This document shows positions 51,759 to 61,227 of a stretch of DNA of 64,000 nt, piece after piece. Location of the stretch: assembly GCA_963665235.2 (NCBI GenBank), contig CAXXLX010000001.1:2528001-2592000 (forward strand), in the 5' to 3' direction. Made by a program: the position numbers and the translations under genes. Source of the DNA: Candidatus Poribacteria bacterium (lineage in GTDB: Bacteria > Poribacteria > WGA-4E > WGA-3G). How positions within the stretch are numbered: the first letter of the stretch is position 1; the number at the start of each line of letters is the position of its first letter. A model generated the notes under the pieces. That model made no database searches. It had not been told where the DNA came from and saw nothing but the letters and a program-made list of their open reading frames with translations.

Positions 51759-52859
51759 ATGACACTAAAGAACCAATTCGATCAGAATATACCGTGGAAC
51801 GACATGCCCGAACTTCCACCCACATCGGAAATTGAATCGCGCAGCATACTTAAAGCGTGCATCTCCGCGGTGACTGAGCTGGCAAAGGTAAACGCCTTGG
51901 TCAGAATGTTGCCGAACGGGGAAGTTTTGGTTAACACCTTACCGCTTCAGGAAGCACGTATGAGTTCGGAAATCGAAAATATCGTTACCACAAACGATGA
52001 ACTGTACCGGGCTATGACCTCTGAAAACCTCCTACGGGTTTCACCGAGTGCCAAAGAGGTGCTGCGCTATCGAGAGGCATTATGGATGGGGGTAAATAGG
52101 CTAAATGATCAATCTACTTTGAATAGTGCTCTCTTTGAACAGATCTGTTCCTGTCTTTGTGATGCAAAAATGCCTATTCGTGAAGATGGGGTTGTAATCG
52201 TGAACAATATCACACAGCAGGTCATCTACACGCCGCCTAGGGGATACGAAAATATCGTCAGGTTGTTAACTAACCTTGAGCACTTCATCAATGACAAAGA
52301 TAACGGGTTCCACCCGCTCGTCAAAATGGCGGTCATGCATTATCAATTTGAAGCGATACATCCTTTCACAGATGGCAATGGGCGGACAGGCCGTATTCTC
52401 AATATCCTCTATCTGATACATCAAGGCCTGCTTGACGTACCAATCCTTTACCTCAGCCGTTTCTTTATCCAAAACCGGGTTGACTATTACCGTTGTCTGC
52501 GTGAGGTTACAGAAAACGGAAAATGGGAGCAGTGGATACTTTACGTGTTGGCAGCAGTGGAACAGACATCGAGAGACACCACACACACGATAGAGGTCAT
52601 TAAGACACTTATTGACAATGTAATTTCACAAGCGCAAGGTAAAACGAAAGCGGTTGAACGGGAAGGTTTTGTTAATTTGCTGTTCAGGTGGCCCTATTGC
52701 AAAATCGGCATCGTTGCAAGAGAATTGAAGTGCAGTCGTATTACTGCCACGAAATATCTGAACGAAATGACAGCCCTTGACGTGCTTGAACGCCAGAAGA
52801 TTGGACGAGAATTCTACTACATTAACAAAGGTTTTATGGAGTTGCTCTCAAATATGTGA
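51759..52859 (+). CDS. Fic family protein with Fic_N region and C-terminal HTH
   Basis: SSEIEN and HPFTDGNGRTGR motifs. Confidence 0.93.
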   Translation: MTLKNQFDQNIPWNDMPELPPTSEIESRSILKACISAVTELAKVNALVRMLPNGEVLVNTLPLQEARMSSEIENIVTTNDELYRAMTSENLLRVSPSAKEVLRYREALWMGVNRLNDQSTLNSALFEQICSCLCDAKMPIREDGVVIVNNITQQVIYTPPRGYENIVRLLTNLEHFINDKDNGFHPLVKMAVMHYQFEAIHPFTDGNGRTGRILNILYLIHQGLLDVPILYLSRFFIQNRVDYYRCLREVTENGKWEQWILYVLAAVEQTSRDTTHTIEVIKTLIDNVISQAQGKTKAVEREGFVNLLFRWPYCKIGIVARELKCSRITATKYLNEMTALDVLERQKIGREFYYINKGFMELLSNM

Positions 52860-52890
52860 AGCGGAAGTTCTAGGAGCCGAGTATGTTCAC

Positions 52891-54192
52891 TTAATCTGTA
52901 CGTAACGCTTCAATTGGGGAAAGCGTAGAGGCTTTTATTGCAGGATATAAACCGAACGATATACCGATTGCCGCGGAAAACGATACCGAAATTAATACCC
53001 ACCGCATTGAGATAACCGCAGGCCATGCAGGAACGACTTTAGCAATTTTGACAGCGAGCAGTGCCATACCTTCCCCTGCAAGCATGCCCAAACCGACCCC
53101 GATTGCTCCGCCTATACTGCACATCACAATCGCCTCTATTAAAAATTGTAAAAGGATATCCAACCGTTTGGCACCGAGTGCTTTCCGTAGACCAATCTCA
53201 CGGGTGCGCTCTGTGACAGCGACGAGCATCATGTTCATGATGCCGATGCCACCAACGAGTAGCGAAAATCCGGCAATGCTGCCTAGGGCAATCTTTATCA
53301 CCTTGCTAATCTTCTCCAATTGCCCCACACTCTCCCGCATCTCAAAGATTCTGATAAAATCATCTTGGTTTCTGTGGCGTTCCCGTATGACAGCCTTTAC
53401 TTCCTCAATCGCCTTCGGTACATCCTCGACGGTATGTGCGTAAACGACAATATCCTGAATTCGCTTGTTGCCTGTAAAACGTTCCTGTGTCGTTGATATA
53501 GGCATAAAGACGAGGTTATCGAAGCTCCATCCGAATCGGAGGCTTCTGCCTCTAGGCACGAGGGTGCCGACGACGGTGAATCGTTCGGTTGTGCGTCTAC
53601 CGCCTCTTCTATCCCATCGGTCGTAATACCCGCCGCCTCTTGCGATTTTAATTTCTTGTCCTAGGGGGGATTTTTCGCCGAACAGTGCGGTGGCCACTTC
53701 ATCTCCAAGTACACAGACTCTCGCTGCGTCTGTGACATCTTCGTCTGTAATAAACCGTCCCTCTTGTATATCCCAATCCATTGCGGTTTGATATGTTGCA
53801 TCTACCCCGTTATAGCCAGCCCGGGTTTGTGCGCCGCCTATCGCTTCGATTAAGACCCCTTTCCAGTCCGGAATTCGTGGTGTGACTGCGCTAACAGATG
53901 GACATTTCGCTTCAATTGCCAATACGTCTTCGTATTCCATGAACTCATTGCTGCGGATGCGTACCCACCGGTGTCCTACCCGCTTGTACCAGGTGCGGTA
54001 GATAGTGAACTGGTTCGCGCCGCCCAATTTTTGTGCGTCTTGCAGCACAATGACCTTAGCCCCATCACCGATAGCTATCATTGCCAACACCGAGGCAACC
54101 CCGATAATTATACCGAGCATCGTCAGCAGGGAACGCAGTTTGTTCATCCGGATTGCGGATATTGCAACAGCTATTCCTTCAATTATACGCAT
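52891..54192 (-). CDS. MacB-like ABC permease (close paralogue of 49242-50543)
   Basis: 433 aa with a near-identical C-terminal TM region. Confidence 0.92.
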   Translation of the reverse strand: MRIIEGIAVAISAIRMNKLRSLLTMLGIIIGVASVLAMIAIGDGAKVIVLQDAQKLGGANQFTIYRTWYKRVGHRWVRIRSNEFMEYEDVLAIEAKCPSVSAVTPRIPDWKGVLIEAIGGAQTRAGYNGVDATYQTAMDWDIQEGRFITDEDVTDAARVCVLGDEVATALFGEKSPLGQEIKIARGGGYYDRWDRRGGRRTTERFTVVGTLVPRGRSLRFGWSFDNLVFMPISTTQERFTGNKRIQDIVVYAHTVEDVPKAIEEVKAVIRERHRNQDDFIRIFEMRESVGQLEKISKVIKIALGSIAGFSLLVGGIGIMNMMLVAVTERTREIGLRKALGAKRLDILLQFLIEAIVMCSIGGAIGVGLGMLAGEGMALLAVKIAKVVPAWPAVISMRWVLISVSFSAAIGISFGLYPAIKASTLSPIEALRTD

Positions 54193-54327
54193 CTCTCTTC
54201 CTCAATTTACAGATAAATTGATGTATTTAACGTAATTGTGGGAAATAGGTTTATTTTTAAAGATTTCGGATTGTTCGAAAAAAAAAGGCGGATATGAAAA
54301 ATCCGCCCGGTGGTAAAAATTGTGCTG

Positions 54328-55452
54328 TTATTCTGAGGGGGGATAAGCGGTGTCAAGGGCAAGAACAGCATAACAGGTTGCCAATATGGGCAGTGCTTCC
54401 ATCCAGCGACTTGTTTCATTGACCCAGAATCCTTCCGGTTTCTGCAATGTCATCAGTTTTTCAGCCAATTCCTGATACCAGTCGTGTGTGATGCCTTTTG
54501 CGTCCACAAGGGTTGTTTTGCCGTAGAACCGTAACGCCTTCGCCATTGTGTGATAGTTATAGTAGAGCCCCTGGCCTCCCATGCCGTAGTTCTCTTCCAG
54601 TGTGAAGTGCTTTTCTATCCACTTGATAGCGGCTTGGACGCGTGCGTCGTTTTTGTCGACATTTGCATAGATAAAGCTCAACAACCCGGCATAAGTCATA
54701 CTGGCATAAGAGCGGGGGCTGCCTGCTTCATCTTTTCCCGCTTTGCTTTCACCGTCTGGCGAATAGATAAACCCGCCATCGTTCCCTGCCCACGGCTGAT
54801 CATTACTTTCGCTGCGGTTTTGGGTGCGTTCAAGGAATTTAATCGCCTTGTTCCAAACCTCTTGGTCATCGGAGCCGCTCTCCTTTAGTGCTTGGATAGC
54901 AAAGTTCAAGTTAGAGAGGTCATTTACAGTTTCACGACTGCCGTAACCGATACCGCCATAGTAAACGCTCTCCTCATCTTGGATCTGCAACCCCTTCAGA
55001 AAGGCTTGCGCCTTTTCAATTATTTTAGCATACTTCGGATTTCCCGTTGATGCAAGTGCCATTACGGAGATAGAGGTGTTGTAATTCGGCAGTGCTGGTT
55101 GCTTGTTCACGTCATAGATACCCCCGTTCGGTTGCTGCATCTTAACTAATTGCTGAATCGCTTTTTGGAGGAACGGGTGTGTTGCTTCCGTGTATTTTTT
55201 CTGCGGGTGCCGCAAAAAAGCGGTAACGGCGAGAGCTGTTATCCCAGGGTGGTCAGCGAACAGCCCATCTTCGGCTTGTTGCGTTTTCATCCATGCCAAT
55301 GCCTTGTCAATACTTGCAATGACTTTCAGGTTTAATTCATGATATTTCGCTGAATCTGCGTCAGGTTGAACTGTTGGGGCTGCCTCAATGTGCATTGCGG
55401 CACTGACGAGGAGTAGTATCACTAGGAGCCCAACCATATTTTTCATTTTCAT
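54328..55452 (-). CDS. Secreted prenyltransferase/squalene-oxidase repeat protein
   Basis: QQAEDG, QQPNGG, GGIGY, DGGFIY and LQKPEGFW repeats with a signal peptide. Start approximate. Confidence 0.82.
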   Translation of the reverse strand: MKMKNMVGLLVILLLVSAAMHIEAAPTVQPDADSAKYHELNLKVIASIDKALAWMKTQQAEDGLFADHPGITALAVTAFLRHPQKKYTEATHPFLQKAIQQLVKMQQPNGGIYDVNKQPALPNYNTSISVMALASTGNPKYAKIIEKAQAFLKGLQIQDEESVYYGGIGYGSRETVNDLSNLNFAIQALKESGSDDQEVWNKAIKFLERTQNRSESNDQPWAGNDGGFIYSPDGESKAGKDEAGSPRSYASMTYAGLLSFIYANVDKNDARVQAAIKWIEKHFTLEENYGMGGQGLYYNYHTMAKALRFYGKTTLVDAKGITHDWYQELAEKLMTLQKPEGFWVNETSRWMEALPILATCYAVLALDTAYPPSE

Positions 55453-55947
55453 TTTCATTCTCCATTTTTCTGTAAATGTTGACGTGTCGGGTTTTACTTC
55501 GTTCACCCCGACCTACAGACGCGCCTCAGTAAGCGCGAATAGGCCTATTTTTGTTTGGGCTCATGTAAAGAATAAGTGCAGAAGAATTTAACCCGTGTGG
55601 CCATTGCGTTTACCTAGAACAATCGCACACACACTTTGATAACATGAGCCTTTGTTTGTATTATAGCAAATTTTATGCCAATTATCCAGCAGATGCTGCT
55701 AGGGGTTTCCCGCTTAGGGGCACCTGTGTTCGAAGGCAGATGCCGCTATTTAAGAGATAAATGGGACTGTCCAGAATTTGAACAGTCCGCAGCGTTAAAT
55801 TGACAAGAAGTGGGGAGATAAACGTTATGTGTCTTTCGCTCGACCCTTTTATAGACAAGGCGCGTGGCACTTGCGGAATGTTGGATATGCAACTGTCCAA
55901 AAAATGAACAGCACTGTTCAGAATCTGGACAGTTAGGCAGCATGAAA

Positions 55948-56431
55948 TTGACATACTCTCCCAGCTAAAGCAAGGGAGATTCTTAGAAAGAGTTCCGCTA
56001 CGCGTTAGCTATTGGATTGTGGTTTTCAGACGTGTGAACGTCAACGGGAATGCTTGAGCTGTTCAAGTCTTACTATCCCTAACTCAAAGGACAATGCCCT
56101 GCCCTCGTGCTTTCGCACCTTAAAAGAAGACTTGTGAATCAGTGCTTGGGTATCCAATGCAGCATTACCCGTCTTTTGGATACCGAAAGCATTGCACAAA
56201 ATGTGGATATTGACTGGGTATCGCCAGAACATCAGCACACAACCCTACCACAGGTTGAGGTTCGGAACTTCAACATTGTAAGAAGCGAGTTGAAGGTGGT
56301 AATCCGAACCACTGATGATACTTAATTATACTACAGTTTCGACCAAAAGTCAAGTTAAAATTTTAGCTCATGCGACTTTTCCGCACTACATCCCCCAGCT
56401 AAAGCACGGGGGTTTTGTAGCGGGGGACTTG
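55948..56431 (-). mobile_element. Non-autonomous IS200/IS605-type element with internal promoter
   Basis: Related subterminal hairpins (CCC..GCTTTAGCTGGG) at both ends; left boundary TTTAT|CAAG, right end TATGTCAA. TTGACT-17-TATAAT at 56353-56325. Confidence 0.72.
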
Positions 56432-56525
56432 ATAAATGGTCGTTCCTTGCTAAAAAAAGTGAATTGTGATAGAGTTAACAGGACAATTGTTCCTAAAAAC
56501 TGGACTAAGAGGGAGGAAACAACTA

Positions 56526-57566
56526 ATGTTAAACTGGGGAGTTATTGGAGCAGGCGGTATTGCCTACGTATTTTGCAACGGGATGCGGTTTACGGATACA
56601 GGACAGATTTTTGCCGTTGCCAGCCGCACTGAATCGAAGGCGGATAGGTTCGCTAACGATTTTGAAGTTCCGCGCAAATACAACCGTTACGAAGACCTAT
56701 TAGCAGATGCGGACGTTGATGCAGTCTATATTGCAACGATTCATCCGTTTCACGCCGAGTGGGCAATAAAGGCTGCCGAAGCAAAGAAGCATATTTTAGT
56801 CGAGAAACCGATAAGTATGAATCATGCGGAAGCCGCGGCAATGGTTGCCGCAGCACGTGAAAACGATGTGTTTCTGATGGAAGCGTTTATGTATCGGTGC
56901 CATCCACAGATACAGCGAATGGTCGAATTAATACAGGCGGGTGAAATAGGTGAGGTTCGCTTCATTCGGGCGACGTTCGGTTTTCAAGCCAATTTCAACC
57001 CAGAAAGTCGGCTTTTCAATCGTGACATGGGGGGTGGTGGCATTCTAGATGTTGGCTGCTATACCGCGTCGATGTCCCGCAAAGTGGCGGGTGCCGCTGC
57101 GAATAAACTGTTTTTGAATCCGATTTCGGTAAAAGCAAACGGAAAAATCGGGCCTACAGGTGTAGACCATATCGCTGCGGCAACGCTCAAATTTGAGAAC
57201 GACATCGTTGCGGAAATAAGCACCGCTGTGGAATGTAATATCGGAAGTGGTGTCACTATCTTCGGGTCTGGCGGGACTATCACGATTCCAGCGCCGTGGG
57301 TGCCATCTTCGCGTTGCAGAGGGGCGCGGACTCCCCTGCCATTAGATACCACTTTTCCATCGAGCCAGATTGTGCTTCACTCCTATCAGCGCGGAGAAGC
57401 CGCCGAGATAACCGTTGAAGTGGACCGTGACCTTTTTACTTACGAAGCCGATATGGTCGCCAATCATATTGCTGACCGGCAAGCCCCGGCTATGTCCTGG
57501 GATGACACGTTGGGGAATATGCAGCTGTTAGACGCTTGGCGTGAAGAGATAGGCGTTGTTTATTGA
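56526..57566 (+). CDS. Gfo/Idh/MocA oxidoreductase
   Basis: WGVIGAGGIA, VEKP, MEAFMYRCHP and GGGILDVGCY motifs. Start moved to ATG 56526. Confidence 0.92.
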   Translation: MLNWGVIGAGGIAYVFCNGMRFTDTGQIFAVASRTESKADRFANDFEVPRKYNRYEDLLADADVDAVYIATIHPFHAEWAIKAAEAKKHILVEKPISMNHAEAAAMVAAARENDVFLMEAFMYRCHPQIQRMVELIQAGEIGEVRFIRATFGFQANFNPESRLFNRDMGGGGILDVGCYTASMSRKVAGAAANKLFLNPISVKANGKIGPTGVDHIAAATLKFENDIVAEISTAVECNIGSGVTIFGSGGTITIPAPWVPSSRCRGARTPLPLDTTFPSSQIVLHSYQRGEAAEITVEVDRDLFTYEADMVANHIADRQAPAMSWDDTLGNMQLLDAWREEIGVVY

Positions 57567-57578
57567 ATTAAGGAGAGG

Positions 57579-58364
57579 ATGAGAAGCACTATGTTAGCAA
57601 TCTGTTACGACCCGTATTCTGGAACATTAGGCAAATTTAGTCGTGCCGAGATTTTTGAACTTGTCGACGAAGCCGGTTACGAAGGCATCAACATTCCTGT
57701 GAATTCCGCTTTTCTTGGCGACCTTTCAGGTGTAGAAATAGCGGATGCGGTGAATCTCGCTGCGAAACACAATCTTGTTGCCCCGACAATCGGTTTTGGC
57801 AACCATATTTTGACAACCCCTACCCGAAAAGATGAGGCGTTACAGCATTTTGAGATTGTTCTTGATGTTGCACGCCAGTTTGATGCGGCGTTTATCGGGG
57901 TTTGGGTGAACCCCTCACAAGGCGTGTCACGCCAGGATGCCCTGGACGCGCTTGCGGATAACCTCTCTCAAATGATCCCAGCCTGTCAGGCGCACGACAT
58001 AAAAATTGCCCTTGAATTTGAGAAGGGATGCCCGCTTGATAACTATCGCGAAGGGGTTGAATTCATTGCGGATAGAGGTTTGGCGGTCTATTTGACGTGC
58101 GATACGTATCATCTTTTCAACGATGGGGCAGAGCCGCATACAGCAGCACTTGCGATGGAGACGTGTTTGGGTGATGTGCATGTATCCGGCAGCAATCGCG
58201 GTGAACCGGGGGGCGGGGTCTTCGATTTTAAGACGTTCGCGAAGGGCTTGAAGGCGATAGGTTTTTCGGGCCCGCTTGTCGTTCAATACAGGATGGAGGA
58301 TGTGGCGAGTATAAAACGGAGTTGCGAATTCACGCTGAAGTTTCGAGAGATGATACAGATGTAA
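57579..58364 (+). CDS. Sugar phosphate isomerase/epimerase
   Basis: AGYEGI, IALE, DTYH and HVSGSNRGEPG motifs. Confidence 0.85.
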   Translation: MRSTMLAICYDPYSGTLGKFSRAEIFELVDEAGYEGINIPVNSAFLGDLSGVEIADAVNLAAKHNLVAPTIGFGNHILTTPTRKDEALQHFEIVLDVARQFDAAFIGVWVNPSQGVSRQDALDALADNLSQMIPACQAHDIKIALEFEKGCPLDNYREGVEFIADRGLAVYLTCDTYHLFNDGAEPHTAALAMETCLGDVHVSGSNRGEPGGGVFDFKTFAKGLKAIGFSGPLVVQYRMEDVASIKRSCEFTLKFREMIQM

Positions 58365-58538
58365 CCGTGCTTTTGGCGTGTGTTGTCTGAATGCACGTCG
58401 CATTTGGGCGAGTACGCCGCAAATCGCGGATTATCGCGGATTTTAATCTGTGTATGCATCCCATCTCAAATCATAATGCCTAATTTATTCGCCAAAATTG
58501 CAAATTTTTCGTTTTTTTTGAAAAAATCGTAAAAAAAT

Positions 58539-58913
58539 TTGACAAAAAATGCAATTTTGTGTATAATTATTAAAGTGATAAAGTGAAAGTTTGGAAAATG
58601 TCTGACAGCTTCTGCTCGTTTTCTGGCACCCGGTCGCATCAGGGGTAGCAAACCGTGCTTACTTCGGTCTGATGCTATGCCTTCAAATACGGGCACCATT
58701 TGTTATAAATCGGGAGAGGTCTGATGTGCCGCCCGGACGCGGTAATAAATAATAGATGAATACATCTCCGTGCCTCTCAGCAAACGCACAAATACGGGCA
58801 CCATTTGTTATAAATCGGGAGAGGTCTGATGTGCCGCCCGGACGCGGTAATAAAAATAGATGAATACATCTCCGTGCCTCTCAGCAAACGCAGACACATC
58901 GTCCAAACTTTAG
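58539..58913 (+). ncRNA. Promoter plus candidate structured RNA ending at a transposon-type TIR (copy A, with internal ~105-bp duplication)
   Basis: Consensus TTGACA-17-TATAAT at 58539-58567. Homologous to 44438-44699. Confidence 0.55.
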
Positions 58914-59480
58914 TCCGATGTTATCAAATTCATGTTGGTTAGCACACGGTAAGGAAAATGCAACCTGTGCAATTTTCCGAACCATAAAGCAAATGCAGGT
59001 AAGAAAGATGCAGAAAATGCACCACAATTTTAGCATCCCAAAACCGATTTTAGCAGTGCCGTACAGCTACTGTGCCGGCAGTGCGAATCCTTGTCGTGCT
59101 TGCGTTTGTTCAGTGTTAGAAATTATTGTTAATATTGAATTAACAATAATCAAATTACCCCCCCCCGTGTTAACCATAAGTTAACTATTGTTATAAATTT
59201 AACAGTCCCCGCACTTATTGCGGGACTCTATTTGTGCTCGCGCGAGTTTCGTCTTGTACGAAATGTTTCGTCGCGGGCTTTTTTTGTTGCATTGGGTTTT
59301 GCCCAATGCTCGTTATTCTCTGCCGACTGCAAGACCCATGAGACAGATGTTGTATGCTATGTTTATCTGTGCCTATTTCAGATGGGTTTCCAGACGAAAC
59401 AAATGTCGTCAGAAGGCAATTTTTAGTTTAAATACTGTAGTAATATTTTTATTAAGGAGGGACCCAGAGTGGGAAAAAAA

Positions 59481-60381
59481 ATGGAATTATTTTCAGTCAT
59501 GTTCTGGAATGTAGAGAGGTTTGGTATACCTTCAGAAGAACGGTTAGATCAAGTTGCTAATCACATACAAGGCTTAAATCCAGATCTGCTTTGTCTTTGT
59601 GAGGTTCAAGATAAACCTACATTGAGAAGTTTGTTAATGGATAAATTCAGTTGAGTACGACTTTGCTATTACTGAGAGTTACCATTTGCAATGTCGAACT
59701 ACTTGTGCGGATGGAGGCGCTTGGCAAATTTGAGCACGGATCAAATTCTTTTTACCCAACGTCGACAATTTCAGTCAGGCAGCGAAAACCTGAGACCGGG
59801 CGCGCTCTGTAGTGTCAAGCTTAAAGATAAGTTTTTTCACTTTCTTTTCCTGCACACTGACTCCGGCAGGAAACTTCGAGAACTATTATAACCGTCAAAG
59901 CATGTTTAAGAAAATATGCAGGAGCTCAAGAGAGTTCTTGCATGACATCAGTGAAGACGGTGTGAGATTTGTCGTGATGAAGGAGACACTAAACACGATT
60001 GGACAGCAAGAATATAGGTCTGCGAATCCCGCCTTGCCATCTAAGCCAGATATTCAGCGGATGATGAACAAGCGGCATTGGGAGAAGATGCCGAAGCTAA
60101 GGGATGTGTATGCTAATTTCCTAGAACCCATGATAGGACGTGGAGATCCGATCCAGATAATCAGGAGGTCTATGAGTCAACATCTTGACCACGCGCTGGC
60201 GAACCCGTAATATTTCGTTTGCAAGTCCTTTGAAATTCCAGGAAAACTCGGAGCATGATTCCAATTGCCCTAAAACTCGTGTTAATGGTTGGAATGATTT
60301 GGATAAAGGGTTGTGAATAACGATTTTCATTATAACTGTGACAGGCGACCATTGTTCAAAATTCTTGACGGTGACCGTTAG
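59481..60381 (+). pseudogene. Fragmented endonuclease/exonuclease/phosphatase family gene
   Basis: SVMFWNVERF...NPDLLCLCEV, FLFLHTDSG, LDH and GDH pieces in different frames. End approximate. Confidence 0.65.
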
Positions 60382-60602
60382 ATCTGTTACAACTGTCCAA
60401 TTTATCAGGACAGACGCAAATTTAGCAAACGGTGGCAGACGTAGTAAGCACTGCCGCCAATATGGCGGGGAAACCCCGCCCTCTACGAGAACCGATAGTC
60501 TCGTAGGGGCGAGGTCCCCTCGCCCCGTTAACTCTCTAAATCCGATGATCGTAGGGACTTATCAACGCGCTGCATAAGTCCTTAACAAACAAAGGAGATT
60601 TT

Positions 60603-61220
60603 ATGAAAAAATGTTTTCATCTCTTAGCAATAGTTATGCTTGTCACCTGCCTTGCAGTTGGCATCACGGGCTGCGACGAGCAGGTGCCAAATCAAATTGA
60701 CAACGTGGTTAATGGAGGCACCGATACACCATCCACTGAACCGGTGCCAGAACCCACTGAACCCGCTGAACCGGAACCCGAGCCCGAACCGGAACCCACT
60801 GAACCGGAACCGATTCAAGGCATGGTCGTCACAGCGGTGCCCGCACAGACAACGTCCCCCGCAGCCGGTCAACAGCTGCAGGTACGTATCGAGATTACCG
60901 GTGCCGCCGATGTCAGCGGTTATGATGTAACACTAATTTTCGACCCGACTGCCCTGCAATATGTTTCAAGCGCAAATGCGGATTATCTACCGGCAGGTGC
61001 ATTCGTAGCACCCGCGCAAGTTACGGAGAACAGTGTTTACCTAAGTGCGGTTTCACTCTCTGGCGCAGTAACCGAAGAAAGCGGCACACTTGCAACCATG
61101 ACGTTTGAGGTGCTGACCGCCAAAGCCTCCACGCTTACGTTGGGTGAAGTTGTCCTCACAGATGCAAATGGGCAAGCGTTAACGTTCACACCTGTAAATG
61201 GGCAGCTCAACGCACCTTAA
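60603..61220 (+). CDS. Lipoprotein with Pro/Glu linker and cohesin-like domain
   Basis: Lipobox ITGC, EPEP linker, FDPTALQYVS and GTLATMTFEV. Confidence 0.85.
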   Translation: MKKCFHLLAIVMLVTCLAVGITGCDEQVPNQIDNVVNGGTDTPSTEPVPEPTEPAEPEPEPEPEPTEPEPIQGMVVTAVPAQTTSPAAGQQLQVRIEITGAADVSGYDVTLIFDPTALQYVSSANADYLPAGAFVAPAQVTENSVYLSAVSLSGAVTEESGTLATMTFEVLTAKASTLTLGEVVLTDANGQALTFTPVNGQLNAP

Positions 61221-61227
61221 GTATGGG

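Noticed and set aside
44438-58913. 14.5-kb composite transposon bounded by the two inverted RNA/TIR copies
   Set aside because: The outer flanks (TTTCTATTA versus TCCGATGTT) show no target duplication, the copies are diverged and no transposase lies inside.
58571-58913. Retron msr-msd or a known riboswitch
   Set aside because: Terminal pairing fits a retron, but there is no reverse transcriptase in the window and no riboswitch consensus was recognised.
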